DNA from: Flavobacteriaceae bacterium
GTDB lineage: Bacteria > Bacteroidota > Bacteroidia > Flavobacteriales > Flavobacteriaceae
Assembly (NCBI GenBank): GCA_009886625.1
Contig: QXZA01000027.1
Span: 293 to 64,292, forward strand
Direction of reading: 5' to 3'
DNA: 64,000 nucleotides
The notes under the pieces were generated by a model that was given only the letters and a program-made list of their open reading frames with translations, was not told where the DNA came from and made no database searches. The position numbers and the translations under genes were made by a program. This document shows positions 1 to 9,225 of this stretch, piece by piece. How positions within the stretch are numbered: the stretch's first letter is position 1; each line of letters opens with the position of its first letter.

Positions 1-670
1 AGAAGAAAGCAGGCAATGCCAACGCCACCAAAAACAATTGAAAACCATAATCTTTAAAACGAAAAGACTGTATTTTAAAAGAAAATAAATGCAGTCTAAC
101 ATTCATCAAGATTGCAGAAAGAAAAGAAATAAATAACAATGCGGGATAAGTGGTAAGGAAGGGCTTCAAAAAAGCAAAAAGAGGATGCTCCATTAAAAGA
201 GGAAGGGCTACAATAAAAAGAGCATTGGCAGGTGCTGGCAATCCCCTAAATTCATAACGCTGTTGGCTATCTATATTAAATTTAGAGAGGCGTATTCCAG
301 CGCCCAAAGAAATTAAAAACCCAAACAAAGCAAAAGGAGCGAAAGAAAAAGTAAAATCATTTTGAAAGATTGCAATGCTAAAATCAATTTCACGAATTCC
401 AATCTCCAAAAACAATTTATACATGACCACCCCAGGGACAATTCCACTCGTGATTAAATCGGCCATGGAATCAAATTGTAATCCAAACTGGCTTTCTGCT
501 TTAAGTAATCGTGCAAAAAGACCATCAAATAAATCAAAAAAAGCGCCCAACAGGACCATCAAAAAAGCGGCCTCGAATAAATTCTTGTAAGCTAAAGTAA
601 CAGCGAAACATCCACACAAGAAATTTAATGAGGTAAAAAAGTTTGGAATGTTTCTTATAATAAGCCTCAC
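1..670 (-). CDS. pssA: CDP-diacylglycerol--serine O-phosphatidyltransferase (phosphatidylserine synthase); 3' end runs off the window
   Basis: Manual minus-strand translation (absent from the ORF track because there is no stop in the window) gives ...FDLFDGLFARLLKAESQFGLQFDSMADLITSG... This is a complete CDP-alcohol phosphatidyltransferase motif, DG-x2-AR-x8-G-x3-D-x3-D, followed by hydrophobic helices. The start is placed at GTG 670 (VRLIIRNIPNFFTSLN) and the start codon is uncertain. Confidence 0.75.
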   Translation of the reverse strand, partial: MRLIIRNIPNFFTSLNFLCGCFAVTLAYKNLFEAAFLMVLLGAFFDLFDGLFARLLKAESQFGLQFDSMADLITSGIVPGVVMYKLFLEIGIREIDFSIAIFQNDFTFSFAPFALFGFLISLGAGIRLSKFNIDSQQRYEFRGLPAPANALFIVALPLLMEHPLFAFLKPFLTTYPALLFISFLSAILMNVRLHLFSFKIQSFRFKDYGFQLFLVALALPAFF

Positions 671-739
671 AAATAAATTTTTATAATTTTTGGCAAGATA
701 GTAATTGCTAAAGCTTCAAAAAAATTTAAATTCGTGCAA

Positions 740-2362
740 ATGTCTAAGACTACAAAACATCTTTTATTAGCTATTGGATCAGGAAGCTTGCTAGCTGCTT
801 CTTGGCCTATCAACGGAATCACACTGTTAATATTTATAGGTTTGATCCCCCTACTGATTTTAGAGGATAGCATCCGTAAAGATGAGCACAACAAAAAAGG
901 AATTAGGGTGTTTTTATACAGCTACCTCACCTTTATAGTTTGGAATGGTTTAACCACTTGGTGGCTAATCAACTCAACAGTATTTGGAATGTTGTTTGCT
1001 AATTTGTGCAATAGCCTTTTTTATGCCTTGATTTTTTTGTGTTTTTCTTGGACAAAAACAAGAGTTTCTTCCCGTAGTGGCTATCTGTTTTTTATAACGC
1101 TATGGATTGCTTTTGAAAAACTTCATTTGGAATGGGATTTTTCTTGGACGTGGCTCACCCTAGGAAATGTTTTCTCAGAAAAAATTTACTGGATACAGTG
1201 GTATGAATACACAGGGGTATATGGAGGTTCACTGTGGGTTTTAGTGATTAATGTTTGGGGGTTCAGTATTTTAAAAAAATACAGCCTTTCATCAAATGTC
1301 AAACCCCTCTTAAAAAAACTAATAGGCCCCTTACTCCTCATCGCATTGCCTATCGCAGGCTCTCTACACCTTTATCAGCAAGTTGATGAAGTTGAAAAAA
1401 ATATAAGCGTTGCGCTCGTACAGCCTAATATTGATCCCTACAATACTAAATATCAATTAACCAACTCAAAATTTCTATCCCTCTGGGCAGAACAAACAAA
1501 GCCTTTTTTAAAGGATTCGTTGGATTACATCCTCTCCCCAGAAACCTATTTTGCTGAGGGCTTTGGAGAAGAATTAAAAGATTATCCGAAAAATATATTG
1601 CACCAAGAAATTCAAAAAGAATTGGGCAAAATCCCTAGTACACAATTTATCACTGGGATTCAATATTATAATGTTTATGTTCAAGAAAAAGCCCCCTCTT
1701 TGACAGCAAATTTAGCTAGAAAAGGCCTTTGGGTAGAATATTATAACTCTGCCTTAGGTGAGCATTATTCGCAAAAGCCTCAGGTATATCACAAATCCAA
1801 ATTGGTGGTAGGTGTAGAAAATATGCCTTTAAAATCCATTCTAAAACCTCTTTTAGGTGATTTGATATTAGACCTAGGGGGCACAGTAGCCAGCCGAGTG
1901 ACACAAAGCCAAAGATCCGTTTTCAGTCATCCAAATCTCAAAGAGAAAGCAGCACCCATTATTTGTTGGGAATCGATTTTTGGAGAATTTGTAACCGACT
2001 ATGTTAAAGAAGGCGCTACTTTTTTAGCTATTATTTCCAATGATGCTTGGTGGGGAGAAACTCCAGGCCATAGACAACTCCTAAGTTACACCCGATTGAG
2101 AGCGATAGAAACCCGCAGGGATATAGCCCGAAGTGCCAATACCGGGATTTCATGTATCATTGACGCAAGAGGAGAAATTCTTGAACAAACAAGCTATAAT
2201 ACCAAAACAGTTTTGACAGCTAACCTAAGCTCTAGAGATACCCTTACTTTTTATGTTCGCTTTGGAGATATTATTTCTCGTTGGGCAGGGTTCATTACTG
2301 TATTATTTTTCTTGTTAGCGTTAAGTGGTCGACTTAAAGAAAAAGATTCACTCAAAAACTAA
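740..2362 (+). CDS. lnt: apolipoprotein N-acyltransferase
   Basis: Multi-TM N-terminal half followed by a CN-hydrolase domain (...PIICWESIFGEF..., ...ISNDAWWG...). The track ORF begins at GTG 734; ATG 740 is preferred. Confidence 0.85.
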   Translation: MSKTTKHLLLAIGSGSLLAASWPINGITLLIFIGLIPLLILEDSIRKDEHNKKGIRVFLYSYLTFIVWNGLTTWWLINSTVFGMLFANLCNSLFYALIFLCFSWTKTRVSSRSGYLFFITLWIAFEKLHLEWDFSWTWLTLGNVFSEKIYWIQWYEYTGVYGGSLWVLVINVWGFSILKKYSLSSNVKPLLKKLIGPLLLIALPIAGSLHLYQQVDEVEKNISVALVQPNIDPYNTKYQLTNSKFLSLWAEQTKPFLKDSLDYILSPETYFAEGFGEELKDYPKNILHQEIQKELGKIPSTQFITGIQYYNVYVQEKAPSLTANLARKGLWVEYYNSALGEHYSQKPQVYHKSKLVVGVENMPLKSILKPLLGDLILDLGGTVASRVTQSQRSVFSHPNLKEKAAPIICWESIFGEFVTDYVKEGATFLAIISNDAWWGETPGHRQLLSYTRLRAIETRRDIARSANTGISCIIDARGEILEQTSYNTKTVLTANLSSRDTLTFYVRFGDIISRWAGFITVLFFLLALSGRLKEKDSLKN

Positions 2363-2451
2363 TTCTGTCAAAAGTGCATCAATTCTTCAAAATTGGTATC
2401 TTTGCGATAACCAAATTATTAAAACCTACAAAGTACATTGATGGAGAGCAT

Positions 2452-3009
2452 ATGGAAGAGAATAAAGTCTACACTAAGACGGGAGATGGCGGATTTACAA
2501 GTTTAATTTCAGGTAAAAGAGTTCCCAAACACAACATTCGCATTAAAACCTATGGCACAATAGACGAGTTAATCGCTTGGCTGGGATTGATTCGAGATAC
2601 AACAAAACTAGAAGACGTTCAAACTACCATTCTAGAAATTCAAAAACAATTGATGACTGTTGCCGCTCAATTATCTATTGATTCCGATAAAAAAATTCCT
2701 AAAAATTTAACTCCCATTCAACCGAGTGCTGTTAAATTCATTGAACACGAAATTGATTCTCTTACGTCAAAATTAGAGCCACTCAAAAACTTTGTCATTC
2801 CAGGAGGGCATATTTTGATTTCTTACGCTCACCTCGCTAGATGCGTATGCAGAAGAGCAGAACGTTATGTTACTGAACTGGATCAAGAAGCTTCAATATC
2901 TTCCACTTTGATTGCGTATATGAACCGCCTTTCAGACTATTTTTTCACCTTGTCTAGAACCTTTGCTGCTGATCTAGAAGTGGAAGAAATTAAATGGAGT
3001 GGAAACTAA
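2452..3009 (+). CDS. ATP:cob(I)alamin adenosyltransferase, PduO type
   Basis: MEENKVYTKTGDGGFTSL...GKRVPKH...TYGTIDEL is the typical N-terminus of this family. The track ORF starts at 2374, but ATG 2452 gives the usual ~185 aa. Confidence 0.8.
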   Translation: MEENKVYTKTGDGGFTSLISGKRVPKHNIRIKTYGTIDELIAWLGLIRDTTKLEDVQTTILEIQKQLMTVAAQLSIDSDKKIPKNLTPIQPSAVKFIEHEIDSLTSKLEPLKNFVIPGGHILISYAHLARCVCRRAERYVTELDQEASISSTLIAYMNRLSDYFFTLSRTFAADLEVEEIKWSGN

Positions 3010-3069
3010 ATTCTTAAATTGGTTGCATAATTTGGATAAAAATCTATTTTTGCAAAAAAAATAAATACT

Positions 3070-3291
3070 ATGTATTGGACTTTAGAACTTGCTTCCTACC
3101 TAAGTGATGCCCCTTGGCCAGCCACTAAAGATGAACTTATTGACTTTTCGATTCGTACAGGAGCTCCCCTAGAAGTAGTAGAAAATCTACAATCTATGGA
3201 AGATGAAGAAGACATCTACGAATCAATCGAAGAGATTTGGCCAGATTTTCCAACAGAGGAAGATTATCTTTGGAATGAAGACGAATATTAA
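3070..3291 (+). CDS. small DUF2795-like protein with a strongly acidic C-terminal tail
   Basis: 73 aa. LASYLSDAPWPATKDELIDFSIRTGAPLEVVENL resembles DUF2795. The tail is EDEEDIYESIEEIWPDFPTEEDYLWNEDEY. Confidence 0.55.
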   Translation: MYWTLELASYLSDAPWPATKDELIDFSIRTGAPLEVVENLQSMEDEEDIYESIEEIWPDFPTEEDYLWNEDEY

Positions 3292-3315
3292 GTCATTCTA
3301 AAAACGAATTTAATA

Positions 3316-3340
3316 AGTCTCTTAAAGAGGCTTTTTTTTT
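3316..3340 (+). terminator. candidate intrinsic terminator after the DUF2795 gene
   Basis: Hairpin AGTCTCTT-aa-AGAGGCT (one G-U pair) followed by a run of nine T. Confidence 0.5.
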
Positions 3341-3382
3341 AGTTACTTTTGAATAAATAAAGAAAAACACCTCAAAGAGTAT

Positions 3383-6300
3383 ATGAGTTTTTTAAATAAC
3401 ATATTAAAGACATTTGTAGGAGATAAAACAAAAAAAGATTTAAGCAAGATTACCCCATTAATTGCCCAAATCAACAAGCATCAAAAAGATTTTGAAAGTC
3501 TTCCTCACGACGCCCTACGTCAAAAAACAGAAGATTTTAAGCAACAAATCACGTCGGCTCGAAGTAGCTTTGACACTACTATTGAACAGCTCAAAAAAGA
3601 GGTGAAAGAGACTAATGATATTGACGCGAAAGAAAGTCTCTATCAACAAATTGACTCACAAGACGAAGAAGCTCAGAAAACGGTTGAAGACCTCCTCAAT
3701 ACAATTCTACCAGAAGCTTTTGCTGTAGTAAAAGAAACTGCAAGGCGTTTTGTAGAAAACACAACTATATCAGTAACAGCTTCCGCTTATGATAGAGAGC
3801 TATCTCAGAACAAAGATTACGTTCAATTAAAAGAAGACAAAGCTTATTGGGCAAACTCATGGGATGCCGCTGGGAAACCCATTACTTGGGATATGATTCA
3901 CTATGATGTTCAGCTGATCGGAGGAATAGCTTTACACCAAGGAAAAATTGCTGAGATGCAAACAGGAGAAGGAAAAACACTTGTTGCCACCCTTCCTGTT
4001 TACTTGAATGCCTTGACTGGAAAAGGAGTCCACTTAGTAACGGTTAACGATTATCTCGCCAAACGAGATAGTGCGTGGATGGCACCTATTTTTCAATTCC
4101 ATGGTTTGAGTATCGACTGTGTAGATTATCATAAGCCCAACAGTCAAGAAAGAAGGAACGCCTATTTAGCCGATATCACTTATGGAACCAATAACGAATT
4201 TGGTTTTGATTACCTAAGAGACAACATGGCGCATACCGCCGAGGATTTGGTTCAACGAAAGCACAACTATGCCATTGTAGATGAAGTAGATTCTGTTTTG
4301 GTTGATGATGCACGTACTCCTCTTATTATATCTGGTCCAACTCCAGAGGGAGACAGACACGAATTTGATGCCTTGAAATCCAATGTAGGAAATTTAGTAA
4401 GTACTCAAAGAAGCTTACTAACCAGTGTATTGGCCGAAGCTAAAGCTAAAATAAAAACCGGGGATACAACAGAAGGTGGATTGTTGTTGTACCGTGTTTT
4501 TAGGGGGCTACCAAAAAACAAAGCTTTAATCAAATTTTTGAGCGAAGAAGGGGTAAAACAATTACTTCAAAAAACAGAAAATCACTTCATGCAGGATAAC
4601 AATCGTGAAATGCCAAAGGTAGACGAAGCCTTATATTTTGTGATTGATGAGAAAAATAATCAGATTGATCTGACCGAAAAAGGAATTGAACTCCTTTCAG
4701 AAGACAACCAAGATAAAAACTTCTTTGTACTTCCAGACATTGGAGGAGAAATCGCTAAGATTGAAGCCCAAGAACTCGATTCAAAAAAAGAAGCCTCAGA
4801 AAAAGAAGTATTGTTCAAAGATTTTGATGTGAAAAGCGAACGAATTCACAGCATGAACCAATTACTGAAAGCCTACACTCTTTTTGAAAAAGATGTCGAA
4901 TATGTTGTAATGGACAACAAGGTTAAAATTGTAGACGAACAGACCGGTCGTATCATGGAAGGACGTCGCTACTCCGATGGACTCCACCAAGCAATTGAAG
5001 CCAAAGAAAATGTAAAAATTGAAGCGGCCACCCAAACCTATGCCACCATTACGCTTCAAAATTATTTTAGGATGTACCAAAAACTCTCCGGAATGACCGG
5101 AACTGCAGTTACAGAAGCAGGAGAGTTTTGGGAAATCTATGAATTAGACGTTATTGAAATTCCAACTAACAGACCCATCGCTAGAAAAGATGATGACGAT
5201 TTAATTTATAAAACTAAAAGGGAGAAATACAATGCAGTTATTGAAAAAGTAACCGAGCTTTCTCTGGCTGGAAGACCTGTCCTAATTGGAACCACCTCCG
5301 TTGAAATTTCAGAACTGTTGAGTAAGATGCTTAATATTCGAAAGATTAAGCATAATGTCTTGAATGCGAAAATGCACAAAAAAGAAGCCGACATTGTAGC
5401 CGAAGCTGGAAATCCAGGAATCGTTACTATTGCAACCAACATGGCGGGTCGTGGGACCGATATTAAACTCTCAAAAATTGTTAAAGATGCAGGAGGTTTA
5501 GCCATCATAGGAACAGAACGTCATGATTCAAGACGAGTAGACAGACAGCTCCGTGGACGTTCAGGACGTCAAGGGGATCCTGGAAGTTCTCAGTTTTACG
5601 TTTCACTTGAAGACAACTTAATGCGTCTTTTTGGATCTGATCGGGTAGCTAAAGTAATGGACCGTATGGGCCTTGAGGAAGGTGAAGTGATCCAACACTC
5701 TATGATGACCAAATCTATTGAACGTGCCCAAAAGAAAGTAGAAGAAAACAACTTTGGAATTCGTAAACGTCTATTGGAATATGACGACGTAATGAGTGCC
5801 CAAAGGGAAGTTATTTACAAAAGAAGAAAACATGCACTTCAAGGTTATCGACTGAAATTAGATGTCTTGAATATGCTTTTTGATACTTGTGAAGATATCG
5901 TAGTTAATAACAAATCGGGGAATGATTACAAAAACTTTGAGTTTGAAATCATTACGAACTTTTCCATGACTGCGCCTATTTCAGAGGAACTGTTTTTAGA
6001 AACATCTGAAAATGATTTAATTCACAAACTTTATGATGCCTTATTAAAACATTATGAAGAAAAAACAGCACTCAATGCACAAATGGCATTCCCTGTCATT
6101 AAAGATGTCTATGAGCGTCCTGGAAATAAATTTGAACGCATTGTTGTTCCTTTTACTGATGGAGTCAAGTCATTAAATGTTGTAACCAATCTCAAAGAAG
6201 CCTACCAAAGTGAAGGGAAACATTTAATTGAAGATTTTGAACGCAATATTACTCTTGCGATAATTGATGAAGCCTGGAAAGATCATTTGCGTAAAATGGA

Positions 6301-6745
6301 TGAATTGAAACAGTCTGTTCAATTGGCCGTTCACGAACAAAAAGATCCTTTATTGATTTACAAATTTGAAGCCTTTGAGCTCTTCAAAAGCATGATGAGT
6401 AATCTGAATAAAGAAGTGCTCTCCTTCCTAATTAAAGGGAGCTTGCCAAACCAAAACCCTTCAAGTATTCAAGAAGCAAAACAAACAAGAAACAAACAGA
6501 GTTTGAATGTTTCTAAAGATGAAGTATTGAATACAGAAGAATTAGCTGCGCGAAATAGAGCCGTTGGTGCTGGTGCAAGTCAAGCAAATCGTAGGGTGAT
6601 TGAAACCATTACAAGAGAGCAACCAAAAATTGGTAGAAACGAAAAGGTTACAATCAAAAATGTGGCCACAGGAGAAACAAAATCTGTTAAATTCAAACAG
6701 GCAGAACCGCTATTAAAACAAGGGAGCTGGGTGATTAGTTCATAA
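3383..6745 (+). CDS. secA: preprotein translocase ATPase SecA
   Basis: 1120 aa with Walker A MQTGEGKTLVATLP, a DEVD box (IVDEVDSVLVDDARTPLIISG) and the motor motif TNMAGRGTDIKL. Confidence 0.97.
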   Translation: MSFLNNILKTFVGDKTKKDLSKITPLIAQINKHQKDFESLPHDALRQKTEDFKQQITSARSSFDTTIEQLKKEVKETNDIDAKESLYQQIDSQDEEAQKTVEDLLNTILPEAFAVVKETARRFVENTTISVTASAYDRELSQNKDYVQLKEDKAYWANSWDAAGKPITWDMIHYDVQLIGGIALHQGKIAEMQTGEGKTLVATLPVYLNALTGKGVHLVTVNDYLAKRDSAWMAPIFQFHGLSIDCVDYHKPNSQERRNAYLADITYGTNNEFGFDYLRDNMAHTAEDLVQRKHNYAIVDEVDSVLVDDARTPLIISGPTPEGDRHEFDALKSNVGNLVSTQRSLLTSVLAEAKAKIKTGDTTEGGLLLYRVFRGLPKNKALIKFLSEEGVKQLLQKTENHFMQDNNREMPKVDEALYFVIDEKNNQIDLTEKGIELLSEDNQDKNFFVLPDIGGEIAKIEAQELDSKKEASEKEVLFKDFDVKSERIHSMNQLLKAYTLFEKDVEYVVMDNKVKIVDEQTGRIMEGRRYSDGLHQAIEAKENVKIEAATQTYATITLQNYFRMYQKLSGMTGTAVTEAGEFWEIYELDVIEIPTNRPIARKDDDDLIYKTKREKYNAVIEKVTELSLAGRPVLIGTTSVEISELLSKMLNIRKIKHNVLNAKMHKKEADIVAEAGNPGIVTIATNMAGRGTDIKLSKIVKDAGGLAIIGTERHDSRRVDRQLRGRSGRQGDPGSSQFYVSLEDNLMRLFGSDRVAKVMDRMGLEEGEVIQHSMMTKSIERAQKKVEENNFGIRKRLLEYDDVMSAQREVIYKRRKHALQGYRLKLDVLNMLFDTCEDIVVNNKSGNDYKNFEFEIITNFSMTAPISEELFLETSENDLIHKLYDALLKHYEEKTALNAQMAFPVIKDVYERPGNKFERIVVPFTDGVKSLNVVTNLKEAYQSEGKHLIEDFERNITLAIIDEAWKDHLRKMDELKQSVQLAVHEQKDPLLIYKFEAFELFKSMMSNLNKEVLSFLIKGSLPNQNPSSIQEAKQTRNKQSLNVSKDEVLNTEELAARNRAVGAGASQANRRVIETITREQPKIGRNEKVTIKNVATGETKSVKFKQAEPLLKQGSWVISS

Positions 6746-6774
6746 TTTCTTATTTTTATAAAAAAGAATAAGGA

Positions 6775-8028
6775 ATGAATACTTATGCAGCAGTTTTACT
6801 TTGGGCAATCCCTGCTTTTTTCGTTCTCGTTTTGATTGAAATTGCTTACGGTCATTTCACTAAAAATCAAACCTACACCTTCATGGATACCCTGGCGAGT
6901 CTTAGTTCGGGGATGACCAATGTGATCAAAGATGTTTTAGGCTTGGCCTTCATACTGATCTCCTATCCTTTTATTCTTAAACACCTTGGACTCTTTACGC
7001 TGGAAAGTTCTATTCCTGTGTATGTTGCTGCTTTTATCTGTATTGACTTCGCATCTTATTGGGTACATCGTCTTAATCATAAAGTAAATATTTTTTGGAA
7101 CCAGCATGTTATTCACCATAGTAGTGAAGAATTTAATCTAGCCTGTGCACTTAGACAAAGTATTTCTAACCTCATTGGTTTTGGAGCCATATTTTTAATT
7201 CCGGCTGCTCTTTTGGGAGTACCTGCGAAAGTGATTATGACTTTGGCTCCGCTACATCTTTTTGCACAGTTTTGGTACCACACTCAACATATCGGAAAAC
7301 TTGGTTTTTTAGAATACATTTTAGTCACCCCCTCTCAACACAGGGTACATCATGCCATCAATTCTATTTATATTGATAAAAATCTAGCTGCTATTTTCTG
7401 CGTTTGGGATAGATTATTTGGTACTTTTCAAGAAGAATTAGATTCAGAGCCGCCTGTTTACGGAACACTAAAAGCTTCAAAAAGCTGGAACCCTATTTGG
7501 ATAAACTTCCAACATTTTTGGCAACTTACACAAGATGCATGGTATGCAAAAAAAGGAATAGACAAACTTAAAATATGGTTTATGCCCACTGGGTGGAGAC
7601 CCGCAGATGTGGAAGAGAGATTTCCCATTCTTCCAAGACCAGTTGAACAAACAACTAAATATACTCCCCACTACACTTTACAATGGAAAATCATTGCCTT
7701 GTTTCATTTCGTTTCCCTTACTCTGCTCTTACTTTTCTTTCTTGGAAATTTCAGTGAATTGACAACTGTATTTCGGCTCAACTTTGGAATTGTTTTATTT
7801 TGCTCCATTTTCGGATTTACTGGACTTATGGACTTTCATCGCTGGGCACCAACGGTTGAAATAGTGAGAGGTCTTTTTGGGATTCTATTTATATTTCTGC
7901 CCCAATGTGAATTTATCCATTCTCAATATCCTCTTTTCTATGCAGGCTACATCACTTATTTTGTTGCTACCACGCTAATTGGATTATGGTCTAGAACTAA
8001 AGCGATCAATCGATCTTTAGCCTTATAA
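6775..8028 (+). CDS. fatty acid hydroxylase / sterol desaturase superfamily membrane protein
   Basis: Histidine boxes HRLNH, HVIHH and HRVHH in the canonical order, plus an extra ~130-aa hydrophobic C-terminal extension. Confidence 0.75.
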   Translation: MNTYAAVLLWAIPAFFVLVLIEIAYGHFTKNQTYTFMDTLASLSSGMTNVIKDVLGLAFILISYPFILKHLGLFTLESSIPVYVAAFICIDFASYWVHRLNHKVNIFWNQHVIHHSSEEFNLACALRQSISNLIGFGAIFLIPAALLGVPAKVIMTLAPLHLFAQFWYHTQHIGKLGFLEYILVTPSQHRVHHAINSIYIDKNLAAIFCVWDRLFGTFQEELDSEPPVYGTLKASKSWNPIWINFQHFWQLTQDAWYAKKGIDKLKIWFMPTGWRPADVEERFPILPRPVEQTTKYTPHYTLQWKIIALFHFVSLTLLLLFFLGNFSELTTVFRLNFGIVLFCSIFGFTGLMDFHRWAPTVEIVRGLFGILFIFLPQCEFIHSQYPLFYAGYITYFVATTLIGLWSRTKAINRSLAL

Positions 8029-8029
8029 A

Positions 8030-9166
8030 ATGGCAGAAACTGTATTAGATTATCTCTTCATTGGTCCTGCGCACCCTTTTAGGGGGGGGATATCCGAAAC
8101 TCAACATGAATTAACAAAGACCCTGGTGGAGCAAGGATTCAATGTAAAGCTTATTACATTTACTTCATTATATCCAAAAATCTTATTTCCAGGCAGTAGC
8201 CCTTATAGTTCACAAAAAGCTCCAAAGAACTTGGACATAGAACAAAATATTCACGCCTATTCGCCTTTAGGATGGAAAAAAATAGCGGATCAAATCAATA
8301 CACTGCAACCCAAAAATGTGATCTTCCGTTATTACACTCCGTTTTTAGCTCCTGTCTACACATCCATAGCAAAACGATTGGAGATGGGAATTAAAAAAAT
8401 TGCTTTAGTGGACAATTGGTTTCCACATGAATCCAATATTTGGGATAAAGCCTTGAATCGGTATTTTGGAAAACAAATGCAAGGCTTCACAACTTTATCA
8501 ACACAAGTAGCTCAACAACTAAAATTAGAATTTAATGTGCCTATTTGGTCTGGATTTCACCCTATTGCTACCCACCTCCATCCTAAAATTGAACAACAAA
8601 AAGCAAAAGAGATTTTGGGATGGTCCCCGTCAGAAAAAACAATCCTCTTCTTTGGCTTAATTCGAAAATATAAGGGGCTTGAATTACTCATTCAATCTTT
8701 TGCTGAATACCCATTGAAAGAAGAAAACATTCGCCTCTATATCGCTGGAGAATGTTATGAAAATCCAAACAAATACAGCAACCTAATAAAAGAATTGCAG
8801 CTTGAAAATCGAATTACACTCGACCTAACTTTTAAAAACACAAAAGAGACAGCCCTTCTTTTTTCTGCAGCAGATGCCGTTGCACAAACCTATCATACTG
8901 CCACTCAAAGTGGGGTTACTCCCTATGCGTACTTTTACAATAAACCACTTTTAGTGAGTGACATTCCAGGCCTTAAGGAGGTAATTAAAAAAGACAATAC
9001 AGGAGTTTGCTCATCAAAGAACCCTTCGTTTATTGCCTCTCAATTAATTAAGCTTTTAGACACAGAAAACACAACAAAGTATCAAAAGAATATTGAAAAA
9101 GTAAAAGGCCATTACCAATGGAGTTCTTTTGCCGAAAAATGGCATCACTTTATTGAAAAAATATAG
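8030..9166 (+). CDS. glycosyltransferase (GT-B fold, family 4-like)
   Basis: 378 aa. The C-terminal half (LFFGLIRKYKGLELL...AADAVAQTYHTATQSGV...) looks like a GT1/GT4 donor-binding domain. The start is 2 nt after the stop of the hydroxylase. Confidence 0.65.
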   Translation: MAETVLDYLFIGPAHPFRGGISETQHELTKTLVEQGFNVKLITFTSLYPKILFPGSSPYSSQKAPKNLDIEQNIHAYSPLGWKKIADQINTLQPKNVIFRYYTPFLAPVYTSIAKRLEMGIKKIALVDNWFPHESNIWDKALNRYFGKQMQGFTTLSTQVAQQLKLEFNVPIWSGFHPIATHLHPKIEQQKAKEILGWSPSEKTILFFGLIRKYKGLELLIQSFAEYPLKEENIRLYIAGECYENPNKYSNLIKELQLENRITLDLTFKNTKETALLFSAADAVAQTYHTATQSGVTPYAYFYNKPLLVSDIPGLKEVIKKDNTGVCSSKNPSFIASQLIKLLDTENTTKYQKNIEKVKGHYQWSSFAEKWHHFIEKI

Positions 9167-9168
9167 CG

Positions 9169-9210
9169 CTTCAAACTGATTTTAAATCAATTGAAGTATC
9201 TTTCTTCTTT
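9169..9210 (+). terminator. candidate terminator after the glycosyltransferase
   Basis: Imperfect hairpin CTTCAA..TGAT-loop-ATCA.TTGAAG followed by the T-rich tail tatctttcttcttt. Confidence 0.4.
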
Positions 9211-9225
9211 ATAATTGATCAGCCA

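Noticed and set aside
375-590. Plus-strand 71-aa ORF from the track.
   Set aside because: It lies antisense to a clear CDP-alcohol phosphatidyltransferase reading frame (pssA) with an intact catalytic motif, so it is a shadow ORF.
4862-5508. Antisense ORFs inside secA. The same class occurs elsewhere, for example 44000-44458 (152 aa) inside nhaC, 36836-37261 (141 aa) across argE/argH, 11380-11700, and 52333-52656.
   Set aside because: All overlap strongly supported genes on the opposite strand. They have low-complexity or odd composition and no motif. They are typical shadow ORFs.
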